Shown here: positions 1 through 13,449 of the stretch, piece after piece
How the letters are laid out: each line of letters starts with the position of its first letter
Position numbering within the stretch: position 1 is the first letter of the stretch
Assembly: GCF_006345805.1 (NCBI RefSeq)
Contig: NC_042997.1
Location: 42,718,001 to 42,782,000, forward strand
Direction: 5' to 3'
DNA: 64,000 nt
Source: Octopus sinensis
Taxonomy: Eukaryota
The notes under the pieces: model-generated
Told to the model about the DNA's origin: nothing
The model's database searches: none
The model's input: only the letters and a program-made list of their open reading frames with translations
Program-made: the position numbers and the translations under genes

Positions 1-837
1 CTGGTTATGTAAAGTTTAAATATAAATCATGATAACTATATGATATAAACAAAATACTAATAGAAAACCTACAATCTTATAATTTTATAAATTCAAGATA
101 ATCTTACAATAGGAATTCAGTTATGGGCTTGAGCTGGCATAATTGACTCAATTCCTTATCTAAAATGTCATATGTTTTACCTATTTTAAAAATCAGTACT
201 ACAATCGAAGTTGAAATTCCACCAAGGTTGACTTTGCCCCTCATCACACCACATTCAATAGATAAGTACCAATAATATACCAAAGTTGGTTCAATCAACT
301 ACACTTCACTCCATAAAGGTTGGTGGCACTCTGTGACAAAATTAGAAATTAATAGCTAAATACATTTCAGTATTTAATTACATCCCTCTATGTACTGAAT
401 TCAGATCTGAATGAGGAAAATGACATTGCCATTTGTCCATCAAGAGACCACCAAAATAAGTACCAATAATCAGTTGAATAAATTATAAACCATCTTCATA
501 AATGTGACCCCTACCACCCAGAAATTATTACTGCCATCATCGTTTATGTTAAAATCTTAATGTAAAGAAGAACACAGACAAAGTTATGCAAAAACTAAAA
601 AAAAAAATACTCTAATAGCCTTTCCATAAAAAAATATTAGTAAGGAACTGTAAAGAATTCTTAAACAAAGTTTACCCATCTAGAAGGCACCTAGTAGGAG
701 CCTGTTTGCTATGATACATAAAAAGTCTAAACAAAACACTACAGCTGCACAGTTTCTCAGCTGTGTGTGCATATTCTTGTCAGTTGCCTTTTAAGAGCAG
801 GAATTTCAAGGGAGGCTGTCACGTGAATTACACATAC

Positions 838-887
838 CTTTAAGTTATTCAAAAGCAAGCAATCAAGAGGATTTATATCAGGAAAAT
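838..887 (-). CDS. Candidate small exon of the RhoGAP gene
   Basis: Long pyrimidine tract, then ctagaaaag|ATTTTCCTG...TTAAAG|gtatgt; in phase 1 with the distal AAG acceptor it gives (D)FPDINPLDCLLLNNLK; no homology support. Confidence 0.35.
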
Positions 888-2939
888 CTTTTCTAGATGT
901 TGTTAACGGTGGGGGGTGGGGGATGGGGAAAGAAAGACAGAAGAAAATAGTGCAGGTGAATGTATGAAGGAACATAGGATGCTGATAAACCAAGTCACTT
1001 TTAATCACAACTTATGCAAAATAATCCATTTAAGTAGCCATTATCTTGTTCTTATTACTCTTAGATGTTCACAGTATTCCACAGACTTCAAATTGGAGGC
1101 AACACAATCTAGTATTTAATCTAGTAAAAATCCAGTAAACGATAGGAAATATCATTTATAATTAATTCCATATGCACCATTGGTCACCCCCCTCTCTTTA
1201 TCCACCATTCACTAGATCTACACCTGAAGCCTATCCAATCAAGTTGTCACCTACTCCTCTCTATCAGTCACTCAACACTTCATTTACTACATTCATCCCC
1301 CCCTCACCCACTCCCTATCTCTCACTCCTGCAATCTCTACCCACCTACATGCCCACTACTTCTGCCTCCACTCACTTCTACTCGCTTTGTAAGTTGAGGG
1401 TTCATACAGACACTTCATCATTACTACTTTTTATCTCTTCCCTGTTCCAGCTTCATTGCCCACACCCACTCTTTTAAAATATGAGTAACCATGTAGCAGC
1501 CTCTACAGCAAGAAATCTGTTTCTGTCCTGGCCTCTTCTCTCATAGTTTTAACTCCTCATCTCCCAGCATAAAGCCACTAGCACTGGTGACATGAAAAAA
1601 GCACTCACTATACAATGAAAAGTGCTTGGCTTTAGGAAGGGTATCCAACTATAGAAACTATACTAAAGTAGACAGTGAAACTCAATGCAGTCCTTGCGTT
1701 CATCAAATCTCATCAAACTGTTCAATCTATACCAACATCGAACACGGGCATATGATGATGAAAGAATTTTTTATTATATACTTTCTATTTACTTATTTAA
1801 ACATGCAGACTAATCTTGAATATAAAAATAATTTTCTATACTAATTTTCTTGCTTTTTTGAAATACTATTTTACATGCTTTTCTATATGAGTTTTGACGA
1901 TGGATGGTCTTTGTAACCACTCAACTGTAAAAGAAACTAATTGTCTAAAGCACAAAGTTACAACCTTGGTGAGGGATATGATACAAAGACATAGTCTGTT
2001 GTTCAGCCTGTTAATCTCACATCTGTTATCACCTTGTGGTTACCTGATAACATATACGACACATCAAGTATACTATTTGATAAGGTTGTCAATATTGGTG
2101 TTTGTTTTACTTCAAAAGCAGATCTGATAAAACCAATAGTCACAGAATCTCAACATTGATTTGAACTCAGATTAATGGAGTATTGAACTGCATAATAAGA
2201 AATACTGAGACCTAGTTTCAGTTAGCTTTTGCTAAACTGAACTATGCGTCATTTTTTGTAGCTAAAGATATTTATCAATGTTAGATCGGTTCTGTTATCT
2301 TATCTCTAAAAATTTGCATATTTTTGATAACTAGGTGAAGAAAGGCAGTTAACAAAATGCCTGCAGCAGATTTGGGTTCATAATAAACGAGCCGAGAGCT
2401 TCATACATTATGCACCCAGCTATCTTGACCATCAGTACAAAATATAACAGGAAACATCACAGAATAAAGTGATAGAGGAAATATTTTATGATGTTCATAT
2501 CATTTTCAAAGTTATTGGCAATGTGAATGAAATGAAATAGCTACAACAAAGAATATAAACTTTGTTGTAGACTTGACTAATCAGAAGATTTCTCGGCAGC
2601 ACTTAGCACTAAAAGAATGTTTATAGCATAAACAGTCTTCAAAAGTTGTCCACTATAACCTAATTCCAATGCCTTTACACAGCAAGCAACATATTTTTGA
2701 CTCTTAAATTGGTACTCACAAATGTATACTATTCAATGTGTGTATATTTATATCTTAATACTACTAAATGTCTGCATTTGCTGCTGCAAAGGCCACCTTA
2801 TCACCATTGCTTTTATGTTCACTCATCCACACTTGCACAGGTCAGACAGAATTTGTTGAGGTAGATGCTCCTGTTGGTGCGTACTCACACCTGTTTCCAA
2901 GAAAGGAAACCATGCCTTCGGGGGGGGGGGAGGGAAGTT

Positions 2940-4297
2940 ATGAAGCAGATAGAAGAGATTTTGGAAATGGAGAAATTGATGGAGAAAGAAATGACAGAAA
3001 AATTTAAGTTGGAGTACTTGCGCAGACTGAGACTGATCCTTAAGTCGAAATTAAATGGACAGAATAAGATTGAAGCTATCAACACCTGGGCGGTTTCACT
3101 CCTTAGATATGGTGCAGGAGTAATCGCATGGACAGTAGACGAACTAAACAGCTTAGACAGAGAGACAAGGAAGTTGCTAACTAGATATGGGGCACTCCAT
3201 GCAAAAAAGTGACACAGACAGACTGTATGTAGCAAGAAAAAGAGGGGGAAGAGGACTTATTGGATGCGAGCACAGCATTAGAGCAGAAGAAAACAACATA
3301 GCATGGTATGTAAACAATGCTATGGAACTGCTATTATTAGAAGTAAGAAGGTCAGGCTTGTGTAGGATGAAAGATTGCAAAGATAAAGCACTATACAAGA
3401 AATTGAAAATGAATGAAACTGAAAATAGGTGGGTTAAAAATAAAATGCATGGTCAATTTCATAGGGATGTTGAAGATAAGACAGACAGAGAAAAATGATG
3501 GCTGTGGATGACTAAAAGTGATTTAAAACCAAAAACAGAGACACTAATCTGTGCTGCCCAAGAGCAAGCACTAAGAACAAACTACATAAAATACAGAATA
3601 CACAACACAGCAAAAAGTGATAAGTGCAGAATCTGTGGACAAAACGGTGAAACCGTATGGCATATTACCAGCCAATGTACACCACTAGCCCAGAAGAAAT
3701 ATATGAGACACCATGACAATATAGCCAGGCTTGTCCATTGGACACTTTGCAACAAGTATGGATTTAACAGAGCAAAAAATTGGTATGACCACAAATCTGA
3801 AGGCGTTGTCGAAAATAAAAATGCAAAGATCCTATGGGATTTTATGATTCAGTGCGACCATGAGATTGAGAATAGGAAGCCGGACATAGCCTTAATTGAG
3901 AAAGAAAACAAACCATGCTGGATCACAGACATAGCATGCCCAGCTGACAACAAGGTATGCGATAAGGAAGAAAGAAAAGTCAAGAGATATGACAGGTTAG
4001 CTTGGGAAGTTAAGCAGTTGTGGTCAATGAAAAAGGTGGTAGTAGTATCAATAATTATTGGAGCCCTGGGAACAGTGAGCAAAAATCTCGAGAAGTACGT
4101 GGAACAAATAGGGGCTGCAATAAGGATTTAGCGCTTGCTGAAAACAGCACTGCTTGGAACCGCTCGAATACTCCGGAAGGTGCTTGAAAAATAAGAGGTG
4201 TTACCTTAGTTCACTGGTAGTGAACAGCTGACACCGTAGTACATCTCCAGCATTAGAAACTGTGCAAAAGCAATAATAATAATAATAATAATAATAA
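2940..4297 (+). mobile_element. 5'-truncated R4/Dong-clade non-LTR retrotransposon (RT thumb, CCHC, restriction-like endonuclease)
   Basis: KSKLNGQNKIEAINTWAV, DRLYVARKRGGRGL, AAQEQALRT, CRICG...ETVWHITSQC, HHDNIA, ILWDF, RKPDI, DIACP, LLGTARILRKVL; frameshift near 3205, stops at 3496 and 4129; ends in (TAA)n at 4272-4297. Confidence 0.88.
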
Positions 4298-4539
4298 AGC
4301 CAAATTAAAGATACACCTCCCTAACAGAAAACAACAAAACTCAAAGCTGATACTGAAGGATTGTTGATCATAATACAAGATTAAAGCCTTCACATCAAAA
4401 AGAAAAAGCTACAAAAAAACCCCAAAAAACCATGAAGCAGAGTATAAAAAGTAACTTCAGAATATGTGGAGGCTATGAAAAAAAAACCCCCAAAAACCCA
4501 TTGTTTCTGACTGCCTAGTCTCAAACGAAACGGAAAAAT

Positions 4540-5050
4540 GGAATATATAAACAGAAACAATAGGGTTTCAATGTGTCATAAACTGGAATAAATATCAATA
4601 TGAAGGGAAATCCACAGAAAAGAGGTGGTAAAACATGCTTCAATCCACATGCTTCAATCCACAGAAAAGAGGTGGTAAAACATGCTTCAAATGTTTCAAA
4701 GCATGACAAATTGATGATACTCTGGGGATATTCCAATTCATTCACAGAGAAATTATGACAAATCTCTCAGGCATTATTGTCAAAGAACATTGAGAGAAAT
4801 AGATTGACATATAAATTCCGAAAGATGATAATATAGTTCTGAAGAAAGAAAGTCCAAATGCAAAGTGGTATCTAGCTAGAATGTGAAGAGTGAATATAGG
4901 AACAATCCTAATAATTAGTGCCTTGGGAATGGCAAAAAAGGAAGGAAAAAGAAGCAGACAAATATATAAATATACAAATAAAACCCCATGGCATACAAAA
5001 TACAGACAGTAGCCATGACTAGCCACTGCACATATATATTTATTACTTAG
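4540..5050 (+). mobile_element. Highly decayed R4-like RLE-domain relic
   Basis: Patchy translation resembling KW.KHA...HDKLMILW.DIPIH...DDNIVLK...IISALGMAKK; internal ~36-bp duplication (from ~4609 and ~4656). Confidence 0.45.
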
Positions 5051-6418
5051 AGCTAAAAAACACCAACAGAAAAATACATATAAGTAAGGAAGGTAAATGG
5101 AGTTAAAGACAAAAGTATACCGAAAGCATATAGTAGCAATAAGACTGTTGGAATATTAATAAAAACAATAACTGTTTCAAATTTTGGCAGAAGGCCAGTA
5201 ATTTTAGGAGGAGGGGGGTGTTAGTTGAATACAACAACCCTTGTATTTGACTAATATTTTAGTGACCCTGAAACGATGAAAGGTAAAGTTAACTTTGGCA
5301 GGATGTGAACTCAGAATGTAAACAGCCTGAGGAAATGCAGCTAAGCATTTTATCTAATGCACTAAATATTCTGCTAGCTTTTCACAGAGCCATCTCAAAA
5401 ACATCCATACACTTCAATACATAGCAATGATAATAATTGTTTGTAAGGTGTGTATTTGGGGAGGGGAATGGTTAATTATACTAACGCAAGTACTTGACTT
5501 GTACTTTATTTTAGTGACCCTAGCCTTGACTGCTATTTTATTTTATCATCCCCCTGATGGATGAAAGGCAAAGTTCACTTTGATGGGATGTGAACCCAGA
5601 GAATAAAGAAATCAGAAGAAATACCACAAGGTTCAACACAACAACAACAACAGCAATGATTTCTAATTATTGGTACAAGGACAATGAATAAGAGTACAGT
5701 TTGCAAAAAGTACAGGGGTTTACAAAGAAACTGAATGCATGAAAAAAAAATAGTATACAAAAATTTGATAGAGACCCCATAGAGAAAAGCTGCACCTACC
5801 CAGGATTTCCAGATTATAGATACAGGTTAAGTATAGGCCTATTCACCCAGGCTTTGCTCATTGCACTCAGTCACCTTTCAATTAATTTCAGTTGACAAGA
5901 TAAATATAAGGCCACAAAGTTTGTAGAATGGTATACTCAATCATATAGACTCCAGTATTTGTGTGACACTTATTTTATTGATTTGAATGATAAAAGGCAA
6001 AGTCAATCTGAGCAGGATTTAAACTAAGAAATCCCAATAATTTCTTAACTGGCACAAAGCTGTAATGAGCTATTTTTCTGTCAACATAATCATTTGATAT
6101 AATTATATAGATTCAAGTTAAAGGAGTTAGGTTCAAGGAAAATTTATACACTCAAGGAGATTAATAACCTAAGCTTAAACATGAAACTGAAATTCACGTT
6201 TTGTGTGTGTGTGTGAGATAGAGAGAGAGCGAGATTGTTTGGTACAGGCCGAAGACTGCAGACAAGGGCAAAAATAGACCATATTTACAGCATATAGGTA
6301 CATCAGTCATAATTATGATTCCTATTCATGAGCTGTAATCCCATGCTAACAACTCTATGCTAGTTGTACAAGTAAAAGCAATGGGAGAAAGTGTTGCAGC
6401 AGGGGCAGTTAGCTTTAA

Positions 6419-6642
6419 CCCTTTTCTTAACATAATTTCTGTTGAGATGTTCTGTGTTTCTTTCAATCACTTTTAAATAGAACAAAGAATTTAGTAAAAT
6501 AACTTAGTTATCATTAAGCTGGTGCTATGAACATAAATTGTGAATAAGGTCAATTGGTGGAAGATTTTAATTCAGAACTTTTAAAAACAAGACATTTCTA
6601 CTATAGAGCCAGACGCAGCTTCAGGTGGTTTTGTGTAAAGGG
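6419..6642. mobile_element. piggyBac-type MITE (different family)
   Basis: TTAA|CCCTTT...AAAGGG|TTAA. Confidence 0.65.
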
Positions 6643-6933
6643 TTAAAGAGAGGCCTGGACAGATGACTGCAATGCTTCTGAATCAGAAAGTAAGGCAATA
6701 GCTTTATCAAGGAAAGGAAGCCCATCAAACCTTGGAAACTGCAAGTTGCCTATAGTAAAGTATCTTGAGATTTAGGGTGTAATCATAGATGGACGGAAAG
6801 CTGGGGTGGGCAGAACAAGTGTTCACTATATAACAGAGCTGCATAAAGTCTTAGGGCTCTGAGACACATAATTTACAAAGCATTATGTAGCATGCCTATC
6901 TATGTTTGATAAATACCTCACACATACTTAGCT

Positions 6934-7318
6934 GTGGAGGCGCAATGGCCCAGTGTTTAGGGCAACGGACTCGCGGTCGTAGGATCGCGGTTTCGATTCC
7001 CAGACCGGGCATTGTGAGTGTTTATTGAGCGAAAACACCTAAAGCTCCATGAGGCTCCGACAGGGATGGTGGTGATCCCTGCTGTACTCTTTCACCACAA
7101 ATTTCTCTCACTCTTACTTCCTGTTTCTGTTGTACCTGTATTTCAAAGGGCCGGCCTTGTCACTCTGTGTCACGCTGAATATCCCCGAAAACTACGTTAA
7201 GGGTACACGTGTCTGTGGAGTGCTCAGCCACTTACACGTTAATTTCACAAGCAGGCTGTTCCGTTGATTCGGATCAACCGGAACCCTCGTCATTGTAACC
7301 GACGGAGTGCTTCCATCC
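6934..7318 (+). mobile_element. tRNA-derived SINE, family A
   Basis: A box TGGCCCAGTG, B box GTTTCGATTCC; flanked by CACACATACTYAGCT duplication; five near-identical copies in the window. Confidence 0.9.
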
Positions 7319-8901
7319 ACACATACTCAGCTAACTCTCTGCAGTCCAAAAAATCTCTTAGGATCATTGAAGTTGAAGGAGGAATGCTGCAAAGATGCTG
7401 CAAAGATGAATAGCTTTACTACAGTAATCGACAAAAGTCACACAGGCCATGGCCTATAAGAACTTAGTAATGCAACAACTTCAATATGAAAGACCCAAGC
7501 TAGTACATTTAACCTGTGCATGGCATCTCAACGCTCACTCAATACCAAGACACACATTGTGAACAGGAGTTTTCTGCACTTGATTATCAGAATATGGAAC
7601 AAACCTCCAGAAATTATCAACAGAACCATCTTGGTTGACAAGGTCCAGGCTTTCTAAGGCCAGCTGCATAAACACTGATGGTCACTACTAGCATTATTTG
7701 CCTCCAACATTGGAGATGCAAGAAATTAGTAATACTGGAACTCTTAACGGTAATTTCACCAACTTTCATTTAAGCATGATCTGAATATAGTTGTTTAAAA
7801 ATGGGATGTCACCCTGAAATTAGTATTGTTTATTGCTGTCCGTATTTAATAACCAAATAAATACAGAAATACTGAAAAAACAGACACAATAGTATCTGTG
7901 CTATGCTAAATGACTCATTTCAATTTCTGCTGTCAACATTCACTTCAATTTTGGAATTCTTAGATTGTTATTCTAACAACTTTTCACAAAATTTCCTCTG
8001 GGTTTGGAGTTACCTATTCACCAATTCCACCGAGTTTTTGTTTTTATCTTCTTTTTCCTCTTACCATTTTGTTAGAAAATGTTGAAGTTAAAGAAAAAAG
8101 AGCAAATATAATGATTTCTTTCTTCAATTTTTCATATTATCATTTCATTAAGAACAAAATATTTCATTTGGAAGATTTATGTTCTTCAACATAAATTATA
8201 TCGAACCTCTTTGTTATGAAAGTTTTATCCACAAAGAACAAAAGTTGAAACAAGCATACCAAACCAGTTATTTTTAAGTAATGTTTCTTTTCTTAAAAAA
8301 AAAAAAAACAACAAACAAACAAAAAAAAAACTACAGAATTCATATTTTTAAACGATTGTTAAATGAAAACAGGAAAATAGAGCTGAAGAGAAATCAGGGT
8401 TTGGAAACTAAAAAACTGAAATCATGATATTCCTAATTTAATATTCTTGTGTAACCATTTCGGTTGCTCTAGCCTGCTTTATAAGAATATATGAACAACC
8501 CCAGTATTTAATTAGTACTTTATTGTTATCAATCACATTACAATTTTATTTCCTCTTTGGTCATACTCTATTCTGTTCTATACTTATTGTTTATTTCTTC
8601 GGTGAAACAGTTTCTGCCAACTTTTCACAAACGATATCTACAGTTCTTAATTCACGACATTTTTTTCAACAACATATCCATCATCACTACACAACATGCT
8701 AAAGATAGAAAACTGCTGTAAACAGCAAGCATATGAAGTATGTAATATAGCATTAAAAAAAAAAAAAACGTTTATTTAACAGATAAAAAAAAAAATTAAA
8801 TTAAAAAATATAAAAGAAATATTAGGCACAATGCTATTTTTTTTACACATTGCAAGGGATTGTTCATGCGAAGAGTTATTTGGATTAATTTCTGATCTTA
8901 C

Positions 8902-8979
8902 CATGTTGCCGGAGATCGAACCCATGTATTTTGGCTTCCTCTTGCAGGATAAAATTAAACCAGGGCAGGGCATCGGCAC
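8902..8979 (-). CDS. Probable 78-nt symmetric (phase 1-1) exon of the RhoGAP gene
   Basis: gttttgtcccttgcatgtgtag|GTGCCGAT...CAACATG|gtaaga; stop-free in the phase set by exon 20307: (R)ADALPWFNFILQEEAKIHGFDLRQH; higher GC than its flanks. Confidence 0.65.
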
Positions 8980-11639
8980 CTACACATGCAAGGGACAAAA
9001 CATACATGCACTACAGAGAGAGAGCATGCGCTGGTAATCATGGGAGAGGTGGCAGTGTTAATTACAGATTTTCTAAATCTGTTATCAAATTAATTAATCT
9101 GTCATGGTAATTATATTTATAAAACATGTAATTAAAGGATACATTGCCAATTTGTTTAAGCAAAATATGCATTGTTTGTTAATAGTCCTTTGTTATTATT
9201 TTACTACTATTAGTTGTATTTATGTTAATTAACCCAACAAAAATTAAACTTGCATTCTATCTTTGTTAACATAACTACAAGAGTAACAACAACAACAAAA
9301 AAATCAACAACAAAGACTAGTGTTAATTGCTCTGTGAGAATTTTCCATTCCAAATCACTTTAATTATGAAGGATGAATATTTTACAAATAAGTACATTAA
9401 TTCCTTTCTACAATAGAAGTCACTCAGTAACTGATAATATAAGAAATTAAAATTAATATTAACAATTAGAGAAAGATGTTTCTGTTGTTCATATGGCTGA
9501 TATTTTATTTTATGAACGTTCTATCAATTGAAGAGAAAACAATGAAACAAAACAATGCAACAAACAAATTAAAATGGAATTATTCCAAAGTATTTTTACA
9601 TTTATATTTATTTAGAAAATTTAATAGAATTAACCAAATGTTAAAAAAAAAAGAAAAAAAAAGAAATGAAATCAATGTAAATAATTGAATAAGTTAAATT
9701 AAACAAAAACAAACTATAAATGAGACATAAAAGGCAAATGTACTCACTTGCCTAATCTAGGTAAACAAGGTGTTTGACATCACCGCCACGGCATACAGAG
9801 GTTCTTATGGAACTTGTTATGCCACAGGGATAGCTATGTGATGAAGAATTTTGCTTCACAATAATTTAATTCTACGTTCGATCCTACTGAATGGACAAGT
9901 CTTTTATCATAGTCTCAAGCTGGCCAATACTTTTTGAGTTGAATTTGATGGACAGAAAACTACAGAGAAGTTCACTGTATATGTGTCCATGCATATACAT
10001 ATATGTAGTGACATTTAAAAAACACCATCAGAAAAATTTAAAATTTGTGCTTTTTGAACCAAGACCCTGGTGATATTTATTCTGTACTGAGCCACAGATA
10101 CTCCCTTGTCATCCATGCTATAAGAAATGAACCAACAGATGCTATTATCTACTTTCACCAATTCCAATGAAAAAATATCCTGCATTTCTAGACCAGCCTG
10201 TTGGTCATCCAGTGATTCACAGAAGAATCAAGTAGTATATTAGGTATCATCAGCTTAAATGCAGAATAAGTGGTGTTATAAGTACATAAAGTCAAGAGAA
10301 TTATAGAGTCCTTGGCATTTCCTACAAAAAAACACTCACCAAGGTACATACATTTACATAAGAAAAATGTTTACTAAATTACTATTTGTAAATCTCTCAA
10401 CAAGAGACATTCAGAAACAGTACTCTAGAGTAAAGATTATTTGCCAACATAACATGGTAGTCCTAGTTAGGACAAATGCTACTACTATTTAGCCCCAGGA
10501 AGCACTATTCAAACAAGACTTTGGCAACGCCACCTCTAGCTGAACAGTTATTCTGTGCCGATGAAGAGAAATAACCCAGAAATCATGATAAGACACATAT
10601 TGTTTTGTGCTGAGTGGGGATACTAAATGCCCTTGTTCGAAAATATAAGGACAGAGATAGTGTTTCATATAGCCAGTTGGAGATGATGTTTCCTGGAGCT
10701 AAATAGCAGTAGCATTCATCCTAACCAGGACTGCCATGTTATGTTGGCAAATAATCTTTAATGTTTACTAAAGATTTCTGTTAATTTTGATATTCTATAA
10801 AACTAAGTGTATATATTGACAGATTTTACCAAATTAAAAAAAATTCAATGAAATAAACACAAATTGATATGCTTATACATAGATTAAAAAGTTAAGGCTT
10901 TCTTCAATATATAAAAGTTATAATTTTGCCACTTTGAGCAAAAAAAACCTGAGAAAACTAAGCTTAATTGAATCAAAACACCATATTTCTAACAAATGGT
11001 CAATTGTGGAATCTATTAATGCCATAATATTTTCATTGACACTTCATCATCAACACCTTGGAACAAGCGAAATATAGAAATTGTTGTATCTAAACCAAAT
11101 TACACACATGTATGCAAATGTAAGCTCAAACAACACTGACAAAAACTTTCATAACACTGAAAAGGCTAGCTCTATATTACTTCAATTTAAACTGCACTTT
11201 CCATCACTCCAACCTTACATGTCATCAATACAGTCGCAACACCGTGATTAAGCAGGTTTCTGAGTCCTTCTTTTCCAGACCTGAAACTCTGCAATTCCCT
11301 TTTCCCTCCCCAACTATAAACTCTAATCACTAACAAGCAACCTAACTACAAGGTGACTACAACTATATTAACCTCATTCATTATATATATATATATATAT
11401 GGCCACTTCCCCTGGTGAAGAAGATTGGTCTGCAAGAGCCATGTGCCAGTGCCACATGAAAGAGGTAGATGTAAGGAAGGGCATATAGCCATAGAAACCA
11501 AACCAAATCAAATCAGATGGGAACCTGGTGCAGTTCTCCAGCTCTGGTCAAACTGTTCAACCAATGCCAGCATGGAAAACAAATGTTGAAGGATGATGAT
11601 GATGATTTTATATATATATATATATATATATAAAATAAT

Positions 11640-11916
11640 TCATCCGATCGTAGCCGTTGCCAGCGCCGCTCCGACTGGCCTCTGTGCCAGTGGCACGTAA
11701 AAGCACCATCCGTTCGTGGCCGTTTGCCAGCTCCGTCTGGCACCTGTGCGGGTGGCACGTAAAAAGCACCCACTACACTCACGGAGTGGTTGGCGTTAGG
11801 AAGGGCATCCAGCCGTAGAAACACTGCCAGATCAGACTGGGCCTGATGCAGCCCTCTGGCTTCACAGACCCCAGTTGAACCGTCCAACCCATGCTAGCAT
11901 GGAAAGCGGACGCTAA

Positions 11917-11947
<31 letters not shown>
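11640..11947 (+). mobile_element. RTE 3'-UTR-type repeat
   Basis: GTGCCAGTGGCACGTAAAAGCACC units, then GGCGTTAGGAAGGGCATCCAGCCG and CATGCTAGCATG...(GAT)n; an older copy sits at 11401-11606. Confidence 0.8.
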
Positions 11948-11948
<1 letters not shown>

Positions 11949-12382
11949 TTCTATGCCAAAGGATCTTAAAGCAGAGCTGTGGACACCGTTTATCCTCTGT
12001 TTAACTGCAATAAATACAACCTTATCACCACAGTTGATTATCAATTTTTCACTTTTTTTTAACAACCAATAATGGATTCAAGACTTGTGTATATATCTGG
12101 TGAGAAAAAATGGTTGGAAATATAAAGAACAGACATAAATAATGAATAGCCATACAAATAAGTAGACAAAATATTTGAAATATAACTAGACAAAAATAAG
12201 TAGACAAAAAATGTGAAAGAGAAAGAATGGTTAAACCGAGAAAAAGTTCAGAAATAAATAGCAACTGAATTTAAAATTCTCCCAATAAAGAATAGAAGAA
12301 AACTAAACATTTGTCAAAACTAACGACTACAGGAAATGTATAATTTTTATAGTTTTCAAATTAATATTTGTTTATAGTACAA

Positions 12383-12899
12383 CTAGCAGCATAGCTCGGC
12401 ATTGCCCGGGTATGTAAGAGCCCCTAGTAGGCAACGACTAATCCCAATCTAGTCCTTTCCCTCTAATTTCCTGCCAATTTGTGAAAGATATTGTTGAAAA
12501 TATGTCATCTTGAATTTGAACGCGATTTCCCAAAATGGCATGATTTTATCGATTTTTTCTGATGGTAAGGTATTGCATGGAAAACTAACGTCAGAATTAA
12601 GTTCCTGAGGGTAACATTAAGCTTCACCATGAGTTTGGTGAAAATCGATTGCAAGTTGCGAAAACTACAAATAGAAAATGTGTTGCATATAAAAAGCTGA
12701 GATTCTCGACCCCATGTCAAATTTATCGATTTTTTTCAGAACTGGGGGAGCTTTTCAAAATTTTCGCTGCGTTAGTTTTGAATTATGACATTGGGCTATG
12801 TGTGTATCATGTTTCATCAGAATCGGTTGAAAGCCGTGTTCAGGGTGAGGGTACAACCTGACAGACACACAGACAAACTGCCGTTTATATATAGAGAGA
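12383..12899 (-). mobile_element. Non-autonomous Helitron
   Basis: Minus strand A|TCTCTCTATATATAAACGGCAG...(CTGT/GTGT)...CCCGGGCAATGCCGAG...CTAG|T; ends shared with 37821-38252. Confidence 0.85.
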
Positions 12900-13039
12900 T
12901 AAAAAAAAACAAACAAACAACAACTGTATAATTTATTAAAATCAGACACAAAAAGATACTGACAAATAATAAACAATTTTTAAACAAAACCAACCATTTC
13001 TAAATTTAGGGGGTCAATGTTACTTAAAAGAGGATATAC

Positions 13040-13449
13040 TATAAGGTGTTGTTTGGGAAGAAGAAGACCTAAGAATATTTGGGATAAAGACCTCAGGACA
13101 CCGAACCCTTTGGAGGAGATGACAAAGGACTGAGATATTTGGTGCTCAAGAAGACCCATTTTCCACAGCAGAAGTGTTAAGGCTGCATCCCACAGGGAAG
13201 AGGATTGGCTTGCAAGAGTCCTGTGGCAGCACCACATAAAAGCACTTGTGCCAGTGCCACCCAGTATACATTGTAAGATCACCCAGTGTACACTGTAAAG
13301 TGATTGGTGTTAGGAAGGGCGAACAGCCACAGAAACCAAGCCAAATCAGACTGGAACCTGGTGCAGCTCCCCCAGCTTGCCAGCTCTAGTCAAACTGTCC
13401 AACCCATGCCAGCATAGAAAATGGATGTTAAAGGATGATGATAATGATA
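13040..13449 (+). mobile_element. 3' end of an RTE LINE (end of ORF + 3' UTR + (GAT)n tail)
   Basis: Decayed RRRPKNIW...KDLRT.N..EEMTKD then the AAAAGCAC / GGTGTTAGGAAGGGC / CCAACCCATGCCAGCAT...GATGATGAT module. Confidence 0.6.

Noticed and set aside
2768-2935. Coding exon or signal-peptide ORF upstream of the R4 element
   Set aside because: It looks like a decayed repeat (similar GGAAACARGTG / TCTGAC..TGCAAG motifs near 23420-23520 and 34980-35060) fused by chance to the LINE frame.
6934-7012. tRNA gene
   Set aside because: A and B boxes are present but there is no proper cloverleaf; it is followed by a ~300-bp body and flanked by TSDs in several copies, so it is a SINE head.
9748-9833. 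Exon or 9-nt microexon ending at a good CAA|gtgagt donor (minus strand)
   Set aside because: Both plausible acceptors give a stop codon in phase 1; it could be a poison exon but nothing supports that.
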